Positions 35,294 to 42,267 of a stretch of 64,000 nt of DNA are shown here, in pieces. Made by a program: the position numbers and the translations under genes. The first letter of the stretch is position 1. The number at the start of each line of letters is the position of its first letter. The stretch spans positions 15,672-79,671 of the forward strand of contig NZ_CANPWG010000054.1 in NCBI RefSeq assembly GCF_947581915.1. The letters run 5' to 3'. The DNA comes from Candidatus Palauibacter scopulicola (GTDB lineage: Bacteria; Gemmatimonadota; Gemmatimonadetes; Palauibacterales; Palauibacteraceae). The notes under the pieces were generated by a model, which saw only the letters and a list, made by a program, of their open reading frames with translations, did no database searches and had not been told where the DNA came from.

Positions 35294-36364
35294 ATGACGG
35301 AAAGCACACGAGCGGAACTGCTCGCGGAGCCGGGAGACGGCGGACGGGAGCGGCTGGGGGCGTTCTTCGCGGCGCGTGGAGAGCCGGCGTACCGGGCGCG
35401 GCAGGTCGAAGAGTGGGTCTGGGAGCGGGGCGCGCGTTCGTTCGACGAGATGACGAACCTCCCCGCCGGCCTCCGGGAAGCGCTGGAGGCGGTCTTTTCG
35501 CTCACGCCGATCGAACCGGACTTCGTCGCCCGTTCGAAGGACGGGACGGTGAAGCACCTGTGGCGGCTCGACGACGGCGAGCGGGTCGAGTCCGTGCTCA
35601 TCCCGACGCGCGACCGCCTCACGCTCTGTCTCTCGTCGCAGGCCGGCTGCGCGCTCGCGTGCCGCTTCTGCGCCACCGGCGACTTCGGGTTCCGGCGCCA
35701 GCTGAGGGCGGCCGAGATCGTGGCCCAGTACCGCGACTCGCTACGCGTCGCGCGCGAGGAGATGGGGCGGCGCGCGTCAAGCCCGATCTCCAATGTCGTG
35801 TACATGGGGATGGGAGAACCGCTGGCGAACCTCGATGGGGTCATCGGATCGCTCGCGTCGCTGCACGGAGGGTTCGGTCTCGGGGCTCGGCGGATCACCG
35901 TGTCGACCGTCGGTCTCATCCCCGGGATTCTGGAACTCGCCCGGCGATCGGAGCCGTTCGAACTCGCCGTCTCGCTGCACGCGCCGTCCCACGAACTGCG
36001 GCTGGAGCTGATGCCGATCGAGAAGCGCTACCCGCTGCCGGAGCTGTTCGACGCCCTGCGCACGTACCAGAGCTACAAGAACCGGCGCATCAGCTTCGAG
36101 TACACGCTCATCCGGGGGGTGAACGACGACCCGGCGCTGGCGGAGCCGCTGGCGAGGCTGGCACGGGGGCTCATCTGCTTCGTGAACCTCATCCCCTTCA
36201 ACCCGATTCCGTCGCGTCCGGAGTGGGGGCCGAGTTCCGCCGAGGGGATCGCGCGTTTCTCGGAGGCGCTGGCCGCGCGAGGGGTGGGAAATGCGGTGAG
36301 GAGGCCGCGGGGACGGGACATCGCCGCCGCGTGCGGACAGCTGCGTCTGGCGCGGGAGAGCTGA
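35294..36364 (+). CDS. rlmN: 23S rRNA/tRNA (adenine-C2)-methyltransferase RlmN
   Basis: The radical-SAM motif is CALACRFCATG, and the C-terminal Cys region is DIAAACGQL. Confidence 0.9.
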   Translation: MTESTRAELLAEPGDGGRERLGAFFAARGEPAYRARQVEEWVWERGARSFDEMTNLPAGLREALEAVFSLTPIEPDFVARSKDGTVKHLWRLDDGERVESVLIPTRDRLTLCLSSQAGCALACRFCATGDFGFRRQLRAAEIVAQYRDSLRVAREEMGRRASSPISNVVYMGMGEPLANLDGVIGSLASLHGGFGLGARRITVSTVGLIPGILELARRSEPFELAVSLHAPSHELRLELMPIEKRYPLPELFDALRTYQSYKNRRISFEYTLIRGVNDDPALAEPLARLARGLICFVNLIPFNPIPSRPEWGPSSAEGIARFSEALAARGVGNAVRRPRGRDIAAACGQLRLARES

Positions 36365-36391
36365 TGCCTGCCGCCGGAACGCGGGTGCGGC

Positions 36392-37063
36392 TCAGTCCTT
36401 TCCGAGGTTGACGAGCAGGCCGGACCAGTCGCCCCCCACGACCACGCTCGCATCGAGGAAGAGCTCGGGATCGATGGCGACGGCGAGCGAGTCGGTACTC
36501 AGCTCGCGGGCCACGGCGAGCGCGGCGCCGAGACGGCCCGACCGATCCAGGACGTGTGTGACTTCGTGGTCGAAGTGCTCGGCGTTACCGGTCGCGACGA
36601 CGTCGAAGCCGAGCAGCCGGAGCCGGTCGGCGAACTGACGCGCGAGCCCCCTCTCGCCGGCCCCGTTGAGGACTTCGACCTTGATCCGGTCCGTCAAGTC
36701 GCCCCGTCCGGGAATCTCCCCGGTGGCCGAATCCGTCGCTGCGGGACCGTCCTCCCCCGCGCCCGCCGCGGTCGCGGCCGGTACGGGTCCGGCCCCGGCG
36801 AGCACCGCGAGCCGCACGACTTTCCATTCCTCCCAGAAGAGACCGATGAAGGCGCCGGCGCCGATGAGGATCGCCGTCGTGATCAGTCCCCGGAACGCGG
36901 AAGCCACTCGCTGGAAAGCGCCCTGCCGCCTGCGATAGCGGGCACGACCCTCGGGACCTCGTCGAGTTTCCCGCCTGGACCGCCGTCTGGACCTCGAAAG
37001 CACTTTGTCGCCTCCCGTCGTCCTCCCGTCCGCCCATCGACCGTGCCGGCCACCCCGCCTCAA
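36392..37063 (-). CDS. LytR_C domain membrane-anchored protein
   Basis: It has an Arg-rich N-tail, one TM helix, and the LytR C-terminal pattern IKVEVLNGAGERGLARQFADRLRLLGFDV. The start is uncertain (TTG 37063 or GTG 37003). Confidence 0.6.
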   Translation of the reverse strand: MRRGGRHGRWADGRTTGGDKVLSRSRRRSRRETRRGPEGRARYRRRQGAFQRVASAFRGLITTAILIGAGAFIGLFWEEWKVVRLAVLAGAGPVPAATAAGAGEDGPAATDSATGEIPGRGDLTDRIKVEVLNGAGERGLARQFADRLRLLGFDVVATGNAEHFDHEVTHVLDRSGRLGAALAVARELSTDSLAVAIDPELFLDASVVVGGDWSGLLVNLGKD

Positions 37064-37129
37064 ACCACGTGTGTCCCGCCGTCCCCGGCAATCTAATCAA
37101 CCGTTTGGCGATTTGCGAAAAACGGGCCG

Positions 37130-37645
37130 TCAGCGCGGGGCGGTGATCGCCTCCCAGAACCCGGCGGTGACGGCGGAAACGGGGATCAGGGCGTCGATGA
37201 GAACGCCGATCTTCGCGGTCGCGACGTCGACCAGAACGGCGTGCCAGTCGTCCGGCATGCGGCGGCGCAGGCCGGCGCGCTCCTCGGCCGAGGCGGGGCG
37301 GCCCGGCTCCAGGAAGTCGGCCATGTAGAGGGCCTGCCCGAGGGCGCCGAGATCCCGGTGTCCGGTGGTGTGAAAGGCGATGGCTCGCAGGAGCGGCTCG
37401 TCGTCGACACCGTCCGCGCGCAGCCGGCTCGCGCACGCCGGACCGTGGAGGAGCGCGTCGGGCCACTCCTCCGCTCCGTTGACGAGGGGTCGCAGGACGT
37501 CCACACCCTCCTCCTTGAGCGCGTCGTGCAGAAGGCCCGCCGCGCGCCAGCGGATCCGCGTCGCCGCGCCGTGCCCGAGGGCTTCCGCCCAGTCGCCCAT
37601 CAACGTGCCGACGCGTCCGGCATGGCGGATGCGCGCGGGGCTCAT
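37130..37645 (-). CDS. HD domain protein (YqeK-like)
   Basis: It has H...LLHDALK and FHTTGH motifs. I prefer the ATG at 37645. The upstream ATG at 37780 would overlap the divergent gene start by 8 nt. Confidence 0.6.
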   Translation of the reverse strand: MSPARIRHAGRVGTLMGDWAEALGHGAATRIRWRAAGLLHDALKEEGVDVLRPLVNGAEEWPDALLHGPACASRLRADGVDDEPLLRAIAFHTTGHRDLGALGQALYMADFLEPGRPASAEERAGLRRRMPDDWHAVLVDVATAKIGVLIDALIPVSAVTAGFWEAITAPR

Positions 37646-37772
37646 GACGGCCCAGTCGGGGAGGCGTTCCTCGGCGCCGGCCGCGTGGATGATCGGGTGC
37701 AGGTTGTCCACGTGAGGTTCGTCTCGATCGGTGAGTTTGTCGGGATCGCGCGGGGTCCCGAATATACCTGCA

Positions 37773-39572
37773 ATGGGCATCCGATACGACTCCCTCCTCG
37801 CCCGGGCCCTCGCCGGCGAGATCCTCGACCGCTGGCGGGGCGTCCGGATCGCCGGCCTCCGCATGGCATCGGGGCGGCGCGCCGTGGAACTCGTCTTCGA
37901 GGACGGGTCGCGGCTCGTCGCGATGCTGCATCCGCTGCATGGGTACATCCTCGAACTCGGCGCCGATGCGCCGGCCTCGGGGGTGGAGGGGAAGAGGCTC
38001 CGGGTCGGACGCCTGTCGCTCGTGGACGCGCGGGCGCCGGCGGACGAGCGGGCCCTGCTCCTGACGTTCGGGGACCGGGCGGGGCGGCCGTGGGAGATGC
38101 TGGCGATCGAACTCCCGGCCCGCCGCCGGAACGCCCTGCACTGCCGGCGAGCGGAGTCCGCCGCCGGGGAGTCCGGTGCCGGGGAGCCCGGCGGCGATTC
38201 CCGCCCGGCGTGGCGCATCGAAGCGGCGCTCCTGGCGCGGGATGCGGGCGACCGCTCGCTGCGTCGCGGGGCGCCGTACGTGCCGCCCTCGTCCGCGCGG
38301 CGAGCGGTGGACGCGCCGCCATCGGAGGCGGAATGGGCCGCCGTGCTGGCGGGAGACGAGGCCGACCGCCGGCGGGCGGTGCTGCGGACGTGGGCGTGGA
38401 CGAGCGCGCTCAACGTCGACTGGATCCTGGCCGGCTCCGACCCGGCGGAGTCGTACGCGCGATACCGGGCCCTGCACGCGCTCGCGGCGGCGCCTTCGGG
38501 CGACCCGGCCGCGTCCGATGCGCCGGGCGCGCCGCCCCGGCCGGCCTTCGTGCTCGACCGCCCGTGGGGCCCCCAGCCCTATCCGCACCCCGCCGGGGCC
38601 GGCAGCGGGTCCGCCGCCGGACTGCTGAACGCGGCCGCGCAACTGCTCGCCCCCGGCGGCGGCCCCGCCCCCGCGCTTCAGGCCCTCCCCGCGGCGGCCG
38701 ACGACGACGACGCGGGGGACGAAGCCGCGCAGATCCGGAAGCGCCTCCGCGCCCGCCGGAAGCGGCACCGGCGCCGGGCCGCCGCGCTCGAGCGGCAGTT
38801 GGCCGCGGCGGGTCCGCCGGACGAGCCCCGCCTCCTCGGCCAGATCCTTCTCGCCCGCAAGGATGAGGTGCCGAAGGGCGCTTCCGCCGTGACGCTGCCG
38901 GACTTCGATGGCGCTCCGCGCGAGATCGCGCTCGACCCCGCCCGCGATGCCGTCGCCAACGCGGAGGCCTTCTTCGACGAGGCCCGGCGCCGGGAGCGCG
39001 CGCTGGAGCGGCTGCCCGCCGCGGTCGCGACGGCCCGTGAGCGCGCGGCCGAGTTCGACGCCCACCTGGAGCGGCTCGCCGAGTCCGGCCCATCGGACGC
39101 CCTGTGGTCCGCGGCCGGGGGGAAGCCGGTGCGCACCCGCGCGGGCGGGACACGGGCCGGGGGGCCCGAACTCCGGATACCCTACACGCGGCTCCGGTCC
39201 TCGGGCGGGCTGGAGATCCGGGTCGGGCGCGGCCCCCGCGACAACGACGACCTCACCTTCCGCCACTCCGCACCGGACGACATCTGGCTGCACGCCTCTC
39301 AGGCCTCGGGCGCGCACGTCATTCTGCGCTGGGGGCGAAGGGACGAGAACCCGCCGCGCCGCGACCTGCTCGAGGCCGCGACCGCGGCGGCGGTTCACAG
39401 CGGCGCCCGCCACAACCGCACGGCCCCGGTCATCTGGACCCGCCGCAAGTACGTCCGCAAGCCGCGGAAGTCCCCGCCGGGCACGGTGACCGCGGACCGC
39501 GTGCAAACCATCTTCGTCGAACCGGATTCGGACCTCGTGAAGGCGATGGCCCGGCGCACGGAGGACGCATGA
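37773..39572 (+). CDS. NFACT-family (RqcH/FbpA-like) protein with a DUF814 RNA-binding domain
   Basis: The N-terminus MGIRYDSLLARALAGEILDRWRGVRI has the NFACT-N pattern. The C-terminal DDIWLHASQASGAHVIL...KYVRKPRKSPPG has the DUF814/NFACT-R pattern. Confidence 0.8.
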   Translation: MGIRYDSLLARALAGEILDRWRGVRIAGLRMASGRRAVELVFEDGSRLVAMLHPLHGYILELGADAPASGVEGKRLRVGRLSLVDARAPADERALLLTFGDRAGRPWEMLAIELPARRRNALHCRRAESAAGESGAGEPGGDSRPAWRIEAALLARDAGDRSLRRGAPYVPPSSARRAVDAPPSEAEWAAVLAGDEADRRRAVLRTWAWTSALNVDWILAGSDPAESYARYRALHALAAAPSGDPAASDAPGAPPRPAFVLDRPWGPQPYPHPAGAGSGSAAGLLNAAAQLLAPGGGPAPALQALPAAADDDDAGDEAAQIRKRLRARRKRHRRRAAALERQLAAAGPPDEPRLLGQILLARKDEVPKGASAVTLPDFDGAPREIALDPARDAVANAEAFFDEARRRERALERLPAAVATARERAAEFDAHLERLAESGPSDALWSAAGGKPVRTRAGGTRAGGPELRIPYTRLRSSGGLEIRVGRGPRDNDDLTFRHSAPDDIWLHASQASGAHVILRWGRRDENPPRRDLLEAATAAAVHSGARHNRTAPVIWTRRKYVRKPRKSPPGTVTADRVQTIFVEPDSDLVKAMARRTEDA

Positions 39573-40564
39573 ACGCGAAGGCGGCCGACGTTCCCGCGGG
39601 AACGTCTCGTGACCGGGACCCGAAGCTCGACCGCGCCCGCGGCTGCCTCATCGGCCAGATCGCCGGCGATTCGCTCGGCAGCCTCGTCGAGTTCCAGTCG
39701 GCCGAGGACATCCGCGACCTCCATCCCGAGGGGATCCGCGACCTCCGGGACGGGGGCACGTTCGACACGCAGGCGGGGCAGCCGACGGACGACTCCGAGA
39801 TGGCCCTCGCGCTGGCGCGCACGCTGATCGCTCGCGGCACGTACGACCCGGAGGCGGCGAACCGCGCCTACTGCGAGTGGCTCGACTCGGACCCGTTCGA
39901 CTGCGGCCTGACGATCCGCGACGGCCTGCTCGGAAATCCGCGCCGCGAGAGCCAGGCCAACGGGGCGCTCATGCGCATCGCTCCGCTGGGCATCTTCGGC
40001 TCCCGTCATCCACTCGACACCGTCGCGCGCTGGGCGCGGGAAGACGCCCGCCTGACGCACCCGAACCGCGTCTGTCTCGACGCGAACGCCCTCTTCGCGA
40101 TGGCGCTCGCCCACGCGATCGACAGCGGCCCGACGCCGCGCGAGTTGTACGAACGGATCGCGGCGTGGGCGAACGAGGAGGAGATCTGCGCGGCGGTGCG
40201 GGAGTGCGTCGCGGCGGCCGCCGCCGGGCCGCCGGACGACTACATGACGCACATGGGCTGGGTCCTGATCGCGCTCCGTAACGCGCTGTGGCAGTTGCGG
40301 CACGCCCCATCGCTCGAGGAAGGCGTCATCGACAGCGTGATGCGGGGCGGCGACACCGACACGAACGCCGCGATCTGCGGGGCGCTCCTGGGCGCGGTCC
40401 ACGGGCTGGAGGCGGTGCCCGCGCGCTGGACCGGGCCGATCCTCCGCTGCCGCCCGGAAGCGGGCCGACCCGGCGTCCGGCGCCCGCGCCCGAAGGTGTA
40501 CTGGCCGACCGACGCCCTCAACCTCGCCACTCAACTCCTACGCCCGGAACCCCCAGCGAGCTGA
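39569..40564 (+). CDS. ADP-ribosylglycohydrolase family protein
   Basis: It has GQIAGDSLGS, TDDSEMAL and GGDTDTNAAICGALLGA. The ATG overlaps the upstream stop (ATGA). Confidence 0.85.
   Translation: MNAKAADVPAGTSRDRDPKLDRARGCLIGQIAGDSLGSLVEFQSAEDIRDLHPEGIRDLRDGGTFDTQAGQPTDDSEMALALARTLIARGTYDPEAANRAYCEWLDSDPFDCGLTIRDGLLGNPRRESQANGALMRIAPLGIFGSRHPLDTVARWAREDARLTHPNRVCLDANALFAMALAHAIDSGPTPRELYERIAAWANEEEICAAVRECVAAAAAGPPDDYMTHMGWVLIALRNALWQLRHAPSLEEGVIDSVMRGGDTDTNAAICGALLGAVHGLEAVPARWTGPILRCRPEAGRPGVRRPRPKVYWPTDALNLATQLLRPEPPAS
39587..39606. repeat. 20-bp perfect palindrome GACGTTCCCGCGGGAACGTC (copy 3 of 3), inside a CDS
   Basis: It occupies codons 7-13 (DVPAGTS) of the ADP-ribosylglycohydrolase ORF. 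Confidence 0.9.
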
Positions 40565-40758
40565 CGTCCGGCGACAGTCCGCGGGCTCGGGATCCGCGCT
40601 CCGTCCTCTCGCAGACCGTCGAGATGGAAGGCGATCGCCTCCCGCATCTTCCGGGCAACCTCTCGCCTCGTGTCCCCGGTCGCGACGCAACCGGGCAGGT
40701 CCGGGACGTATGCCGAATAGTTGTTTCCGGCTCTCTCGACTATCACCGCGTATTTCAT
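40531..40758 (-). CDS. HicB family antitoxin-like protein (no hicA adjacent)
   Basis: MKYAVIVERAGNNYSAYVPDLPGCVATGDTRREVARKMREAIAFHLDGLREDG is the canonical HicB N-domain. The C-terminal tail runs antisense into the 3' end of the neighbouring gene. Confidence 0.75.
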   Translation of the reverse strand: MKYAVIVERAGNNYSAYVPDLPGCVATGDTRREVARKMREAIAFHLDGLREDGARIPSPRTVAGRQLAGGSGRRS

Positions 40759-40773
40759 CCCCGGCGTCTCTCC

Positions 40774-40848
40774 GGCGTAGGGCGACCACGCCCCAAGGTG
40801 TATGGGCCGGTCAACGCGTTGGACCTGGCGCAGAGGCTACCTGTGTAG
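40774..40848 (+). pseudogene. displaced remnant copy of the ADP-ribosylglycohydrolase 3' end
   Basis: It reads GVGRPRPKVYGPVNALDLAQRLPV*, against the in-frame gene end GVRRPRPKVYWPTDALNLATQLLRPEPPAS*. DNA identity is about 75% by eye. It sits 302 nt downstream and out of frame. Confidence 0.5.
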
Positions 40849-40854
40849 TGTCGA

Positions 40855-41109
40855 CTACTCTGCGTGGGCCTCGTAGTACGCGCGCAGGATGGCGTTGATC
40901 CGGGTTTGATAGCCCCTGCCCTGACTCTTCAACCACGTCAGGACATCGCTGTCCAGGCGGACCGTGACCTGCTTCTTGCCAGGCGGAACCACCACACGGG
41001 CGGTCTCGAAGAAGGCTGCGTTGACCTCGGGGATATCGGAGTAATCGATATCGTCATCACGCATCCGATCGATTCGCTTCAGATCGCTCTTGATAGGCTC
41101 GTTGCTCAC
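40855..41109 (-). CDS. brnA: BrnA-type antitoxin
   Basis: The pattern DDIDYSDIPE...KKQVTVRLDSDVLTWLKSQGRGYQTRINAILRAYY is the BrnA signature. An alternative start is at 41064. Confidence 0.8.
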   Translation of the reverse strand: MSNEPIKSDLKRIDRMRDDDIDYSDIPEVNAAFFETARVVVPPGKKQVTVRLDSDVLTWLKSQGRGYQTRINAILRAYYEAHAE

Positions 41110-41362
41110 GGCTATTGGCCTTTCTCATCGAAATAATCCGTGTGGTCTCGTCACGTGGAGTGTGTGCGATGACCACCATTCGACCGCGCAAGAAACCGAA
41201 CGTGATGTAGCGTTCCTCTCCGTATTCGAAACGAGTGTCTGCGAAGGTCAAGCACGGACCGCCCAAGACGATGGGAGCATCGTCGAAGCTCAGCCCGTGC
41301 TTACGCCGGTTCTCCTCGCTCTTCTCGCGATCCCATTCATACGACCCCACCTCACTCCCCAT
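41057..41362 (-). CDS. brnT: BrnT ribonuclease toxin (DUF497)
   Basis: YEWDREKSEENRRKHGLSFDDA...ERYITFG...RIISMRKANSRE is the BrnT signature. Confidence 0.85.
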   Translation of the reverse strand: MGSEVGSYEWDREKSEENRRKHGLSFDDAPIVLGGPCLTFADTRFEYGEERYITFGFLRGRMVVIAHTPRDETTRIISMRKANSREQRAYQERSEANRSDA

Positions 41363-41385
41363 CCCTCAGGAACGTTCCGCCATTC

Positions 41386-41402
41386 TGTAGCTACAATTGT
41401 AG
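41386..41402. promoter_or_regulatory. overlapping palindromes upstream of brnT, candidate TA operator
   Basis: TGTAGCTACAATTGTAG contains TGTAGCTACA (10-bp palindrome) and CTACAATTGTAG (12-bp palindrome). It lies 24-40 nt upstream of the brnT ATG. Confidence 0.4.
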
Positions 41403-41453
41403 TTCTATGGCATCGAAAAGGCAAGACTTTCTCCGGCGCCGCCCGGCTTCGGG

Positions 41454-42182
41454 TCAGCGGGCCTCGAGGAGTGCTCGGATCGCGGCCATTTCCTCGCGGA
41501 TCGCGTTCAGCTGGCGGTCCTTCGCGTCCTCCCGCGGCCGGATCACCCAGGACACCAGCGTGGCGGTCAGCGTTCCGACGAGCGCCGCGCCGACCGTCAT
41601 GAGGGCGAGGCCGATGGCGCGCCCTGCCGCGGTGACCGGAAACGGGTCGCCCTGCTGGCCTGTCATCACCGTGAAGAAGGACCACCACAGCGCAGCCGGA
41701 CCCGAGCCGATCTCGCCCCCCGCCGCCCGCTCGAGGTAAAGGACGGCGATACTCGCGCCCACGACCGTCAGGATCGCGACGGACACGGCGACGAGCGCCG
41801 TGGTCTGTGCCCGCCGTCCCATCCAGAACGAGCCGACGACCCTCGCGGCGCGCGCGGCGCGGAGGAACCTCAGGATCCGCAGTACGCGGCCGATTCGGAA
41901 CGCGCGGAGTTCCGTGATGGCGGGCAGGCTGGAGAGGAGATCGATCCAGCCCCAGGTGAGCATGTATCGCTTGCGGTCCTTGGCCCGAGCGAGGGAAAGG
42001 AGGAAGTCCGCGAAGAAGACGACGCAGAATGCCGTGTCCGCGTAGAAGAGGATGCGCAGGATCTCGGGGTCCAGCGGCAGCGCGAGTTCCAGGACGAGAG
42101 CCACGAGCACGAGCACGCAGCAGACCAGCATGAAGATCTGATACGGTGACGCGGTCGGAGGTGGTCGATCTGCTTCTGTCAT
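41454..42182 (-). CDS. voltage-sensor-containing ion transport protein (6TM channel family)
   Basis: The S4-like segment is RAFRIGRVLRILRFLRAARAAR. The pore region is LWWSFFTVMTGQQGDPFPVT. A C-terminal coiled coil is present. Confidence 0.8.
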   Translation of the reverse strand: MTEADRPPPTASPYQIFMLVCCVLVLVALVLELALPLDPEILRILFYADTAFCVVFFADFLLSLARAKDRKRYMLTWGWIDLLSSLPAITELRAFRIGRVLRILRFLRAARAARVVGSFWMGRRAQTTALVAVSVAILTVVGASIAVLYLERAAGGEIGSGPAALWWSFFTVMTGQQGDPFPVTAAGRAIGLALMTVGAALVGTLTATLVSWVIRPREDAKDRQLNAIREEMAAIRALLEAR

Positions 42183-42267
42183 GCTGCCTCCCGAGAGTGT
42201 GTTCGGAGTTGCGGTTGCGGGCTGCCAGAGTGTCCCGATCCGGAGCCTGACTCCGAATCAGGACATG

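Noticed and set aside
36585-39506. 973-aa ORF on the minus strand, the longest ORF in the track.
   Set aside because: It is antisense to the NFACT gene and overlaps the HD and LytR_C genes in alternative frames. Its composition is extremely Arg/Gly/Pro/Ala-rich with no motifs. This is the typical shadow ORF of a high-GC genome.
40759-40854. Looked for hicA next to the second hicB.
   Set aside because: Only 96 nt are available, and most of it is the displaced 3'-end copy of the neighbouring gene.
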